Assembly: GCF_006345805.1 (NCBI RefSeq)
Contig: NC_043005.1
Span: 108,624,001-108,688,000, forward strand
Direction of reading: 5' to 3'
Source of the DNA: Octopus sinensis
Lineage: Eukaryota
Length of the DNA stretch: 64,000 nt
Shown: positions 1 through 13,039 of the stretch, one piece after another
Layout of the letters: each line of letters begins with the position of its first letter
Position numbering within the stretch: position 1 is the stretch's first letter
Notes under the pieces: generated by a model
Seen by the model: the letters and a program-made list of their open reading frames with translations, nothing else
Database searches by the model: none
What the model was told of the DNA's origin: nothing
Translations under genes and position numbers: made by a program

Positions 1-333
1 TGCAGAAAATATATAAATTTAAAGCAGTATTCTTTGTATCACTTGGCACTGACATCAACCACCTCTGTGCTGTGTTTTTCTCTGTCTTTTAACAAAACAG
101 CTTTCAATTGAAATGAAACAAAGTGTAGAAATGAAAATAAAAAAAAAATTAAATACATACACACTCATACATATATATATAAATTAAATAAGTGTGAAAA
201 TATAAATAGAAACCAGCCATCATGCAAACATTCCATCCCATATGTATATAAGTATTACATATATATATATTATATATATTATATATATATATACATAAAT
301 ATATATATATATATAATATATATATATACATAC

Positions 334-377
<44 letters not shown>

Positions 378-526
378 CAGATATATATATACACATATGC
401 ATATATATACACAGACAAATATACAAAAAACACACTGACTACTTGATTTGTGAAATAAAAACATTGTAAAACAAACACAGCCATACATGCATTCATGCAT
501 TCACTTGCACATACATATATACATAT

Positions 527-569
<43 letters not shown>

Positions 570-2111
570 GCATGTACATACTTGCACATGTACGTGCACA
601 CACATAGCGTCTGACATGTGTGAAATGTATAAAGAAAAAGCCATCGTTAAAATTTACTGTTCAGTGATTAAAGAGTATCTTCTACATCATTTGTGAAGTG
701 TCTTCTTCTCCATCATCCACTTAAAGATATTCTTCTGCTTTTACATATTGCTTCCTCTTCACACACACACAAAAAGCACATGCACATACATGTATATGTA
801 AGCATATACACTTTTGTAAGCATGCATATACATGCTTAAATATATATGTGTGCATGTGTGTGTGCATATATATATATATATGCATACACATGTATATATA
901 GATATATATGTATATGTGTGTGTATATATATATATATAAATCTTCAGACAGTCTCTGTATGCTTTTTCTATGTCTATGCATGTGTATTTGTATATCTGTG
1001 TGTACACACACACACATGTACAGATGTACAAAAGGCATATACACACTGTCTGAATTGTTAAATAAAAGCATTGTAAAAAAAAACGTGCAAACATGCATTC
1101 ATGCATACATTCACATATATAGATAAATTCATATACATACATATATATATAGATATATATATATATATATATATACACATACATACATATACATGAGAAA
1201 ATATAAAAGACAAAAGCCATATTCTTTTGTATCATTCACCAAACTCCCCATCCCTTTACATCTGTCTCCCCATCTTGCTCTCTTTCTCTCCCGTATATCT
1301 ATATACACACATACATGCACAAATAAACTATATTTATATGTATGTATTTTTATTTAAAATTTTATCTTCATCTTTTGACTACTCATATTTTTCCCCTTTT
1401 TTTTAAAATTTATTTTTATTTTTGAAAATGTTTGTTTGACAAGATTTGTTTTCCTTCTTTTAAATTTATACATGTATACATTTCTCATCCGGTTGCTGTT
1501 ATTCTTTAAATTTATTTTCTTAAAATTTTTATTTTATTTATTGTATTCTTTATCAGTATTTCAGAATTGTTTATTTACTTTTTATAAATTTTGTGTTTTT
1601 ATTTCACGCTTTACGCTTTACATTTTCCGTATTTTTAGCTTCCATTTTCCATTTTTTCCGATTCTTTGTTTTATTGGTTTAGATTTTACTTCTTTATTTC
1701 AATTTGTTTTAGAAATTTTCTTCTTTTTTATTGATTCTTATGTTATTTTACTTGCTCGTTTTAACTTTTGTTAGGTTGTTTTTATTTTAAATTGATATTG
1801 ACTTTTATTTTATTCTATTAAATTGTTTCATTGTAGTTTACAATTTTTTTTCTTGGTTTTTTGATTTTTACACGAAATTTTGATTATTACTTGACGAAAA
1901 TCATTTGAGTGTGAGCTGTGTGTATGAGTATGTGTATGCTGGTTATGTGTACACATAAGTGTGTGTGTTATCTGTATATGCATTCATATAAATATCTAAA
2001 TATCTGTGTATCTTTCCATATAAATGTATAACTACATATAATTGTTGTTTATATACATGTGGATATGTGTGTGAGTATATGTATATATATGTGCAGGTAA
2101 ATATATATATG

Positions 2112-2418
2112 TGGCACGTAAAAACACCATCCAAATGTGGCCGATGCCGCCTTGGCTGCCTTCCATGCCGGTGGTACGTAAAAAGCACCAAACGATCGTG
2201 GCCATTCCCTGCCTTGGCTGGACCCTGTGCTGGTGGCATGTAAAATGCACCCACCACACTCACAGAGTGGTTGGCGTTAGGAAGAGCATCCAGCTGTAGA
2301 AACACTGCCAGATCAGACTGGTGTCTGGTGCAGCCGCCTGGCTTCCAAGACCCATCCAATCGAACCGTCCAATCCATGCTAGCATGGAAAACGGACGTTA
2401 AACGATGATGATGATGAT
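2112..2418 (+). mobile_element. RTE-clade LINE 3'-end fragment
   Basis: Repeated GGCACGTAAAA(A)GCACC motifs, then GAGTGGTTGGCGTTAGGAAGAGCATCCAGCTGTAGAAA...GGACGTTAAACGATGATGATG. The same tail is attached to an RTE ORF C-terminus at 3472-3905. Confidence 0.7.
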
Positions 2419-3167
2419 GTATGTAAGTATGTGTATGTATATATATACATATCATCATCATTATTTTCATGTCAACAACTTTTCTATCCTTGCATGGGTC
2501 TGACAGGTTTACTAAGAGATTGTTCAATGATCTGATGCCCTTCCAGTTGCTATCCTTTACCTATTTCCAATCAGGGTAATATTTCTCTCTGGCCAGAGTT
2601 GTCCTTTTAGAGAATTGGAAATGAACGACATTTATTTACAATTATACTATTCCAAGACAAAGGGACTCAAGCTCACACACATGTTTACACCTTACATACG
2701 TACAGGTATATATACATACATATATACATACATATACTCATACATGGTTTTCAGGCTAAATTTAACGATATTTTATGTATCCTTTTCCAGGAACAGTTTG
2801 ATATATTAGTGAGCAGCCAATGGTGTTTGAGAGCTTGAAGAGTAAACTTGTACACGAGAAAAAGTTAGCTGACATAGAGGACAGGGAGCCATTTGAATAC
2901 TGGACATTTGCACTGGATATCAGAATCCCAATGTAACAATTGCTCAATGTTCTGTGAACTTTGACATCATGAAAACCAAGTTACCCAAACTGTGATGATC
3001 ATTGGGTGTGTTTTCACTTAGGATGGAGTTGTGCCATTCCTTGCCATACCTTTGGAAAGAGTCAGAATTCTGGTTTCCTAATTCCCCATGGATTAGTGTG
3101 TAGGGGCTGTGGTTGAGAAAGACACCATCTGCTCTGCCAGCAACACCAATATATATATATATATATA

Positions 3168-3324
3168 GGCATGGCTGTGTGATAAGAAGATTGCTTCCCA
3201 ACCACATAGTTGCAGGTTCAGTCCCACTGCATGGCACCTTGGGTAAGTGTTTCCTAGTATAGCCTCACCTCAGGCTGACCAAAGCCTTGTGAGCGGATTT
3301 GGTAGACAGAAACTGAAAGAAGCC

Positions 3325-3368
<44 letters not shown>

Positions 3369-3470
3369 ATATATATATATATATATTATATATTATATAT
3401 AATATATATACATATTATATATATATAATTATATGTTTGTGCATCCATGTTTGTTCCCTCACTATCACTG
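3168..3470 (+). mobile_element. tRNA-derived SINE family A, 5' half
   Basis: Head GGCATGGCTGTGTGATAAG...GGTTCAGTCCCACTGC (A/B-box-like), then the internal TA tract. Matches the full copies at 11370 and 39570. Confidence 0.8.
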
Positions 3471-3471
3471 C

Positions 3472-3905
3472 ACTGGTCTGCTCATGTGATGTGAATGGAT
3501 GAAGACAGTTGTGTAAAGAAGTACTGATCACTAACTGTGGAGGGAACCTGTGGAAGAGATAGACCCAGGAAGACATGAGACAAGTTGGTGAAGCATGATC
3601 TTTGACATTAGGCTTCATGAAGGCAATGACAAGTGACTGAGACCTTTGGCGATATGCTATGCATGAGAAGACTTGTCAAGCCAAGTGAAGCTGTAGTTGT
3701 GGGCGATGCTGGTCCCATGTGACTGACACCCCTTGCCAGTGGCACATTAAAAGTACCCATTACAATTTTGGAGTGGTTGGCATTAGGAAGGGCATCCAGT
3801 CATAGAAATCATGGTATACCAGACTGAAACTTGGCACAGCTCCTCAGCATACTAGTTCCAGTCAAACCATGGAAAACAGATGCTAAATGGTGATGATAAT
3901 GATGA
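3472..3905 (+). mobile_element. RTE-clade LINE, degenerate ORF C-terminus plus 3' UTR
   Basis: Translates with stops as WSAHVM*MDEDSCVKKY*SLTVEGTCGRDRPRKT*DKLVKHDL, matching the RTE C-terminal WxGHVxRM...GRPRKTW motif. Ends in a (GAT)n tail. Confidence 0.8.
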
Positions 3906-3908
3906 TAT

Positions 3909-3959
<51 letters not shown>

Positions 3960-4043
3960 ACAATATATATATATATATATATATATATGAGTGGACAAAT
4001 GAAAGGAAAGGGCACTCACACATTTAGTAGGAGTTACATCTAC

Positions 4044-4259
4044 TATTTAAAACAGTTTGGTTTGGTTCCATGCTGCTTCAAGTTCTGCAGGCCCCTAATG
4101 AGAACCCGACTCCTTTAGACTTCAGAAATGCTAAATGGAGAAATCTTGGACTCCCTGGATCTCTCCATTCAGCATTCCAGAAGCCTGAAGGGGTTGGGCT
4201 CTCATTAAGGACCTGTGAAACTTGAAGTGGCACAGAACTGAATCAAATTGCTTTAAATA
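4044..4259. repeat. Old ~216-bp palindromic (fold-back) element
   Basis: The left arm TATTTAAAACAGTTTGG...GGAGAAATCTTGG is the diverged reverse complement of the right arm CCTGGATCTCTCC...TTGCTTTAAATA, with almost no spacer. Confidence 0.8.
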
Positions 4260-4302
4260 ATATATATATATTTATGTGTGTGTGTGTGCTGTATAGATTG
4301 TT

Positions 4303-4336
<34 letters not shown>

Positions 4337-4839
4337 TGTATGTATGTATGTATGTTATTATATATATACACACACATTTGTGTGGTGTATTGAATGTATA
4401 TATGTATGTGTTTATATATATATATATATATATATGTATTATATTATATATATGTATATATATTGTATATATATATGTGTATATATATGTATATATATAT
4501 GTGTGTATATATATATATATATGTATATCTATATGTATATATATATGTTATATATATGTTATTATATATTATATATATATATGTATATATATATATATGT
4601 ATATATATTATATGTATTATATGTATATATCTATGTATATATAGATGTATAATATATGTATATATATATGTATAAATATATTATATTATATATATATATG
4701 TATATATATATGTATATATATATATATATTTATAATATATATATTATATATTTGTATATATATATGTATATGATATATATATATATATATATATAATTAT
4801 ATATATATATATATATAAAATATATTATATATATATATA

Positions 4840-4877
<38 letters not shown>

Positions 4878-5399
4878 TATATAATAGTATATCATAGCTA
4901 TTAATAGAGCGATATAATAAATTGTGTAAATCACAGAAGAAAGAAAATATCAAAACAGAAATATGTAAATATTAGCACTCTACTATGTAGATCATATTTA
5001 TTGTCTAAGAAAACACAATTGTTTATACCATAGAAAAAAATAAAAGGTATGAAGTTTAGATAGAAAAAGAGCAAATAAAAGCAGTAGAACAAGAAATGTA
5101 TATTGGAGTAAAAATTTTTGGAAGGAAATGAAAAATCTAAAAATTGAAAAAATAATTCTTCACTGAAAAAATATAAATTAGCGTAAGGATTTTGCTCTGG
5201 TTACTAAAGCCAAAACGTACATGTGTGAGTGTAAGAATATATGTATTTGCACTTGTATATATATATATGCACATACATATATCCATCCATGTATATATGT
5301 GTGTGTATATACATGCATATAAGCATATACACACAAATATACATATATGCATACATACAGATAGATATGTGTGTGTGTATAGATAGATAAGTAGGTAGA

Positions 5400-5466
5400 T
5401 AGATAGATTGTAAGACAGTAAGTAAGGTTGATAGACAGACAGACAGATAGATAGACAGACAGACAT

Positions 5467-5537
<71 letters not shown>

Positions 5538-5556
5538 CAGATAGACAGATAGACAA

Positions 5557-5607
<51 letters not shown>

Positions 5608-5687
5608 TACAGATAGATAGATATATAAATTGTAAGACATATATTAAGTAAGGTTGATAGACAGACAGATAGATAAATTGATAGTAG

Positions 5688-5734
<47 letters not shown>

Positions 5735-5762
5735 CAGATAGACAGATAGACAAATAGATAGA

Positions 5763-5800
<38 letters not shown>

Positions 5801-5872
5801 TACAGATAGATAGATATATAAATTGTAAGACATATATTAAGTAAGGTTGATAGACAGACAGATAGATAAATT

Positions 5873-5935
<63 letters not shown>

Positions 5936-5979
5936 GGATAGACAGACAGACAGTCAGACAGATAGATAGATAGATAGAT

Positions 5980-6017
<38 letters not shown>

Positions 6018-6061
6018 GGATGACAGACAGACAGTCAGACAGATAGATAGATAGATAGATT

Positions 6062-6120
<59 letters not shown>

Positions 6121-6135
6121 CTAATAGATAGATAT
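5400..6135. repeat. (GATA/GACA)n compound microsatellite with higher-order ~190-220 bp duplications
   Basis: The anchor TTGTAAGACA...TAAGTAAGGTTGATAGACAGAC recurs at ~5408, ~5630 and ~5823. Confidence 0.85.
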
Positions 6136-7639
6136 CCATATGTCTATATATAGATATAATTATCATTATATGTCAGATATGTTTCCAGCCTCTATTGAAG
6201 TTTAATATAGAGAGAGACTTCATTGCATAATTGCTAATTTTTTTTAACCAAATAAGGAATAAGATGCAACAGACGACTATTTTACAAAACACCTACTCAA
6301 TGCATATTTGCATACATTATGTACTATCATATTTTTTTTTTTATTGCTTTCAGTAAGTAATAGTTGTAACATACATAATTATATCTATATTTCTCCCTCC
6401 ACTCCATCTCTCTGTATGACTATGCGTATATCTGTCCATGTGTCTGCACATTATATGTACAATGTATCTATATATGTTTGTGTGTGTGTGTGTATATATA
6501 TATAATATATATATATATATACATACATACATATATATATTGTAATCAATATGTATATATATATATTATATACGAGTGTGTGTATGTATAAATACACACA
6601 CACACAACACACACATATATATATACATATTATATACACATGTATATGTCTATATCTATCTATCTAATTCTATATATATATATTTGTACATGTATATATA
6701 TATATTTGTACATGTATATATATATATAATATATATATATATACATATATGTCTGTGTTTGTGCAGGTATGTTTGTTGAAAAATACATATATATGTCTGT
6801 GTATTTATATATCACACACACTTTAATATTGAAGTAGACTTTAACACATTACTTTCATAGAATGCAGTTCATCTCCGCATTATTCTTTATGACATATATT
6901 CATATATACATACTCACAATATAGGTAAAACGGTGATGATGATAATGGTAATATTGAAGACCATGATGAACAGAAGTAGAATGAGGAGAGGATATAAAAT
7001 TATAGAAAGATAATAACACAACCTGACTTGAATACCATAAGGCACTTCTCTTTGAAAAAATAGCATCTAGAAACCTTGTGTATTTGTGTGTGCATGTGTA
7101 TGGCATGTATATGTGCACATATATATATACAAACATACATACACATACATTCTTATATTTGCATATATATATATATATTATTGGTCAGTTGTCCATAAGT
7201 CGGAGAAAAAGCACATTCTAAAGAGAATTTTTGCAATCATATTTTATATCATCATGAAGTATATTCTGGTGATGGTGTATAATCAGTCAGAAAGTTACTG
7301 TCAGTTTCATGTCTATTGCACTTGGCAATACTGACAACTCATCAGACATACCAACCAAATGCACACAGGCTCTATAATGCTGGAGGTAAATAGTAACCTC
7401 AGAGACAAAAGAGAGGAAAAAGAAAAATACTTTCTGTGATGAAAAGACAAGCTGCCTCCCATTGGAAAATTCCTGCTGTTGACCATGTGTGCCAGCTGTT
7501 TCTGCATGCATTTCTTCCATTCTGTAATTCAAAAAAGAATACCATGATTCTAAAATGGATTTTCTATTATGAGGGCTGCAATTAAAAATTTCAGTTTTTG
7601 ATTTCAAGAAGGCACCCAGATCATGCGAATATTTTAGGA

Positions 7640-8340
7640 TATTTTAGGATCATACTTCTATCAGCTAAACAAAGATTTCACTAACTGCTTCCATTCAGGT
7701 ATAACTCAGGATGTTCCAACTGTTTCCACTTCATGCCGTATGGCATCCCTTCCTCTTTTAATTATATAGCTGGCTTTTAATATATAGCTGGCTTATGTTG
7801 TAATGTTGCACCTCCCTTGGATCCTAAAAAGACGTGATTATTTAGTCTCATGAAAAAAGGGCTTTCTATTGCTCCAACATACATCTGTATAAGTGTCCCT
7901 CCATTAATACTGTTATTACTGTTGCTGGACAACAACACCTCTACTTCATAACCATAGCCTCATTGTTGCATTAACCATTCACTGAGAACTCATGGCTAAT
8001 CCAACATGAGCATCCTGCCTCTGCATGGGGCATGGGGTGTACACTTGTAACATTTTGATACTAGGTTTATAGCTGAATGAGGCCCAAAGGTTGTCTTTTG
8101 AATAATCTCCTATATCTCAAAGACTTATCTACTAATTCAAGGTAGACCTTTCCCGTGCAGATTTTCATGTTGAGTGAGAAGGGCAGGGCAAACCAGAGGA
8201 CTTTATGGCAGTGTTTTTACTATGGTTGTTAGATCCAGGTATTTAAGTGATGTGATCTTTAAATCCACTGAGTTTCATAACAGGGAGGGAGTGATATGGG
8301 TAAAATGGTGAGGATAGATTCAAAATCCTCATACTGGCAC
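7640..8340 (-). mobile_element. Possible decayed DIRS/LTR-type reverse transcriptase remnant
   Basis: Minus-strand fragments in RT order: MRILNLS (cf. RPILDLS), SVDLK/D..IP (cf. SIDLKDAYFHIP), WFALPFSLN (cf. FxxLPFGL). Heavily frameshifted. Confidence 0.35.
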
Positions 8341-8631
8341 ACTTTATGTGAACATATGTGTGTGTGTGTGTACATTTGTATATACATATATATATATATA
8401 CACATATGCACACACACACACACATACATACAAGAGTTAAGGAATGGAGTAGATAAGATCTGAGCTACAGATATTTCATAGCAAGCAGAACCTCAGAAGA
8501 AGTAAATATCCAAGTGAGGTTTATACAGCAGGCTGCTCTTCAAGCCAAGGATATCTTGATTAGATGAAAGTTTACACTGTTGCTAACTTACTTCCTTGGA
8601 TCTTATATATATATATATATATATATATACA

Positions 8632-9275
8632 AAAATGGCACAAGAGTGCAAAACATCCAGGCAGTAAGGTGATACAAAAAGGGACAGACGATACAAAGAA
8701 AACAAAGACAGGTCATTCGGAGTTTTCTTTCCTCAGTCGAGTTCCAGATTATCTTTGCAATTTCGGCTGGTTATACTCGAGATTGCTCCAATCTGGCCAG
8801 CCTCAAGGAAAAACTAATCTAAGAGCATTAAATTCTTTGGAAGAAAGCAGTGAATGTATATGAAAACAAGGACACAAAAAAACCAAGAAATGGTACACAA
8901 ATATGAATAACAGGACATTAACAACGAGCGTCTTTCGACTAAGAACAAATTAAATTAAACTGGTATGTGTGGAGGTAAAGCCTTATGGCAGGGTCATAAG
9001 ATTTGACAGGCACAGGGAGGAATATAGATATTGCATGGATGGTAGTCGAACCAAGTAAGAAAGGTCAGGCTTGGCCAAACACCGGTCATGTTGGGGAGAG
9101 AAGAAGGGGATAGAAGAATTAAGGAGGAGTGAGATAAAAAAGGGACAGAGTGAAGTGAAGTGAAAGGAGAGGGAAAGTGAGCATGAAGAGAAGGTCAGGA
9201 AATGTGAGTGAGGGGGAATGAAAGAACAAAGAGTGGAATGAATGAAGTTAGTGTGAAGGGGCTGCATCAGAAATC
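8632..9275 (-). mobile_element. Putative Penelope-like element 3' region
   Basis: Same layout as the PLE remnant at 19180-19975: a pyrimidine-rich spacer on the sense strand, then a terminal region with a relic stem-II/GAAA/palindrome motif, abutting (TA)n. Confidence 0.45.
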
Positions 9276-9277
9276 GC

Positions 9278-9813
9278 TTATAAAAAATCCGTTCTGTCTG
9301 TGTGTCTTCTCGGATCTTGGGCATCCTCCATCTGATTGCGCTCAAATTTGATATGTAGATACCAACGTTATCAGGGCGTGTATAATTCTTGAAAAAGTTA
9401 CAAAAATCGATTCCAGGTGAGAATGCAATCATTAAAGCCGTTTTTGTCCTGCGTTTCTTCCGTCAACCTGTACATAACTGCACCTTCCATTTTTTGATGA
9501 TTTTGTACTGCTTAAAGGCAAGTTTCTTTCCTGACAAGCTTACTGTTTAAACCATGTTTGTGTTCTCCTAGTCAACAGCCTTATCATTACTGGTACTTTA
9601 AACTCTTCGGTTGCATATTTGTGTGAAGAAAATCGTTTTTCTTTGGAATATTTATTTCTTTATTTCTTCTTTTGCTGGTGTCTCAAATTCTGGTTAAATC
9701 AGTGTTTCTCAAAGGGGAGGCCTATGGGACGGTCGGACAAGTTGTTTTGAGAAAATTTGGTTTAAATGTTTGACAACTCAGCACCGTCCATTGGACGGGG
9801 TGCGTTTTGGTCG
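9278..9813 (+). mobile_element. Possible diverged non-autonomous Helitron
   Basis: Start TATAAAAAATCCGTTCTGTCTGTGTGTC resembles the other Helitron 5' ends here. GC-rich subterminal hairpin GCACCGTCCA-T-TGGACGGGGTGC at 9781-9803. The terminal CTAG is not intact. Confidence 0.35.
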
Positions 9814-10711
9814 TGTATATATATATATGTAAGCATATATATGTTTGTGTATGTGTGTGTGAATTTTTACATTAGCATTTGACTGCATACAATAGAAGGC
9901 AAGTGTTCTTGTCCAATATTTAACTGAGTAACTCCATCTTTTGCTTAGATTCTCATCCCCATAATCTAGGAATTGAAACATTTCAACAAGCTACCAACAA
10001 TAATATTCACATATTTATCACTCCCACTTACAGTGATATATTTTACAATTAAAAAAAGACTGTAATTTTTGACAGTCTAGTATAATGACTGCCGTCACAA
10101 TGAACTGTAGAAGCTGACGGAATACAAAACGGTAATGATTTGGCAGCCAGATCAACATAAAGCCAGCATGGACACCTGTAGTTCCAGTGTTCACATTTAA
10201 TGTACCATACAGCAGAATCCAGTTAATGAAGAAAAGTCAGCAAAGAATGAATTGGTGTTCCCTATAGACAATTTTTGGAAGCCTCTACGTTTTCTTAATC
10301 AACGATATGTTACTTGGGTGAATATAATATATTAATGGAGTCACTCTGACACGAGTAAGAATTGTGTTACATCTCCTTTAAATAATGATGTTTTTGGTTC
10401 TGTAGGGTGGGGGTGGGTATTTGAAAACTCTGCATACCATTAAACAGATTTTTTTTTGTTTTTTTCAAGAAACAATATTTTCATTTAGAATTGGCAGGGT
10501 AAAATTATTTTCAATTTTGTGTTTTGGTTTTTCTTGCATTTTTAAAATTGTTTTTGTTGTTTGATTCCAGTTTGAAAAATATTCTACTTTGAGCACTGTT
10601 ATTCTACATATAGCAGGTGGAGAAAAATTGCTGTTATCTCTAGTAGTTAAGCATCCATCATTGACAAGACCAAAGAAGGTCACACACACACACACACATA
10701 CTTTTATATGA

Positions 10712-11355
10712 TTCAGTAGTATGTTCCTGGTTATGGTATATAACCAATCACAAGGTGGCGAGCTGGCAGAAACATTAGCATGCCCGGTGAAAAGCTTAGT
10801 GGTATTTCATCTGCCATCATATTCTGAGTTCAAATTCCGCTGAGGTCGACTTTGCCTTTCATCCTTTCGGGGTTGATTAAATAAGTACCAGTGACGCACT
10901 GTGGTCGATATAGTCAACTTAATCCGTTCGTCTTCACTGTGTTTAGCCCCTTGTGGGTAGTAAAGAAATAGGTATATAACCAATCAGAAAGCTATCATTG
11001 GTTTCACTATTGCACATAAGAATGCTGACAACTCACCAGCCATGCCAGCCAGAATGTCAGAGGTAAACCTGCATATGGAACTGCTTAGCTTGGAAGTTTA
11101 AGAAAAAACAACCATTTTTGGGACTAGAGACTGAGAAACGTTTACACAGGTACAGCTGGCTCTTGCCTTTTTAGAAAATATTTTTTTCATCACCAAGCTA
11201 ACCAAGACTAGGTTTATCTACAGCAGTAAAGAACTTATGTGCTTCTGGTCATTATGGCCAAAGAGTCAACAATATTACCAAGTGCAATAGCAGACATGAA
11301 GTCAATGGTAAATTTCTGGCAGATTATATGCCATAATCAGGAATTTATTACTTGA
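10712..11355. mobile_element. MITE-like element with ~90-bp diverged terminal inverted repeats
   Basis: Left TCAGTAGTATGTTCCTGGTTATGGTATATAACCAATCA[SINE]GAAAGCTATCATTGG...GACAACTC pairs with right GAGTCAACAATATTACCAAGTGCAATAG...ATCAGGAATTTATTACTTGA. A related end occurs at ~7255-7345. Confidence 0.55.
10752..10972 (+). mobile_element. tRNA-derived SINE family B (Meta/MESC-like central domain)
   Basis: AGGTGGCGAGCTGGCAGAA head, GAGTTCAAATTCC B box and GTCGACTTTGCCTTTCATCCTTTCGGGG domain. Flanked by a 16-bp duplication GGTATATAACCAATCA (10735-10750, 10971-10986). Domain name is from memory. Confidence 0.85.
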
Positions 11356-11369
11356 CAATATAAAAAGTA

Positions 11370-11769
11370 GGCGCAGGAGTGGGCTGTGTGGTAAGTAGCT
11401 TGCTTACGAAGCACATGGTTCCGGGTTCAGTCCCACTGCGTGGCACCTTGGGCAAGTGTCTTCTACTATAGCCTCGGGCTGACCAAAGCCTTGTGAGTGG
11501 ATTTGGTAGATGGAAACTGAAAGAAGCCCGTCATATATATATATATATATGCATGTGTGTGTTTGTGTGTCTGTGTTTGTCCCCCTAGCATTGCTTGACA
11601 ACCGATGCTGGTGTGTTTACGTCCCCGTTACTTAGCGGTTCGGCAAAAGAGACTGATAGAATAAGTACTGGGCTTACAAAAAGAATAAGTCCTGGGGTCA
11701 AGTTGCTCGATTAAAAGGCGGTGCTCCAGCATGGCCGCAGTCAAATTAAAAGAGTAAAAGAGTAAGAGT
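11370..11769 (+). mobile_element. tRNA-derived SINE family A, full length
   Basis: GGCGCAGGAGTGGGCTGTGTGGTAAG head, GGTTCAGTCCC B box, internal TA/TG tract and (AAGAGTA)n tail. About 19 related copies in the window. Confidence 0.9.
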
Positions 11770-11833
11770 GTAACTGCTCAAATTTTCCCTTTTTAGGTTG
11801 TGCTTTGTTACTGACTTTCACACAATAGAGCAA

Positions 11834-11897
<64 letters not shown>

Positions 11898-11899
11898 TT

Positions 11900-13005
11900 G
11901 ATGGTAAGTCAAAAAATTATACTCACCCTCGTTTGTGTAATTTATTGAAATTTATTGCTGCACAAAAAAAAAAAAAAGAGTAAGGTTTCATCTGATCCAG
12001 CAGCCAGTTATGCTTCTTCATCCATTTTGTTTCCTCAGCCAAAGCAAATGGACAAAATTGTAAAGGATGTTTGAGCAGTCCAAAAAGGCAAAAGTTGTAA
12101 GGGGTGAAATTTGGATTGTTTGCAGAATGTTCCAACAACTCAAAGCCAAGTTTTTCAATGGTTTCAATGACATGGGTGACTGTATGTCATGCAAAAATAT
12201 TTGCTTTTACAATAGATTTCAGCATTTGGTGCCTGTTACTGGTTTCAGTTTGTTGGCCAGTATTTTACTTTATTCTACACTAATGACTGTAGACCACCCT
12301 TCCAGGTGATGTTCCAGTATAGACATTTTTGCATCTATAAAATGGTTAGCATCACATTTTCTGCTGAAATTTGAGTTTTCAGTTTGTTTTTGATTGGTAA
12401 TTTTCGCCCTATAATCAGCCTTTTGGATTTTAGCCCACAGTGATAGATGCAGGTCTCACCTCTTGTGAATGTGCTCTCCCAAAACCAGCTTTGCCTTCAT
12501 CATTGTAGTGGCCGAGTTACTGTTGACAGATCTCCACACAATTGTGCTATTGCACTTTGGTAAGCTTGCTTGGCACCCATGTTGCACAACAGACTCTAAG
12601 GAAGTGAAGCTTATGTTTGTTTTACATATGCAGAAAACATACAACCCCATTGATGGTCACTCATTGTTTGTCAGAACCAGCTCTTGAACATGTTAAATCT
12701 TCACATCAATAGAGGAGGTTAATGGGAAGACTGCTCCTTCTTCATGCTCCATGCTTGTCCAGCAATTTTTAAGCTCCTCAGTCTACTTATACACGCTTGT
12801 ACATAACAGAGTGCTGCCCCCATATTGAACAGAAAACCTTCAATCAATTTCAGCCCCTGACACACTTTCAGACCAGAGACCACTGACCTTTGTTTTTTCT
12901 TGGTGCCATGTTTACTGAGTAACATAAGAAAGAAAACTAAGGTCACCTCCTAGCATGTAAGGGCTGAAGGCAGTGTGACTAACAAAATGTAATTTTTTGT
13001 GACAT
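11900..13005 (-). mobile_element. Decayed mariner transposon (transposase pseudogene)
   Basis: Minus-strand fragments match mariner motifs: LEHSANNPNFTPYNFCLFGLLK (cf. LEHPPYSPDLAPSDFHLFGPLK), a WVP-linker region at ~12570, and an N-terminal HTH-like region at 12720-12900. Confidence 0.8.
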
Positions 13006-13039
13006 ATATATTTTGCCATCATAGATCGCTAGCCTCTAA

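Noticed and set aside
2790-3150. Coding exon
   Set aside because: Short, interrupted frames and no recognisable protein. Probably a decayed transposon fragment.
8461-8546. Hammerhead on the minus strand (UUGAAGA-GCAGC...GCUAU-GAAA-UAUCUG-UA)
   Set aside because: C3 is lost, the base of stem II is mispaired and stem I is only ~3 bp. At most a decayed relic.
8750-8810. Hammerhead on the minus strand (GGCUGG/CCAGCC-GAAA-UUGCAA)
   Set aside because: No CUGANGA-like core and no NUH triplet.
9870-10400. Non-repetitive island as a coding exon
   Set aside because: Stops in the frames examined and no recognisable motif. The splice-like signals are not distinguishable from chance.
11404-11601. Recurrent peptide MSSNARGTNTDT...EDTCPRCHAVGLNPEPC that looks like a multigene family
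   Set aside because: It is the antisense translation of SINE family A, and frame and length vary with the internal microsatellite.
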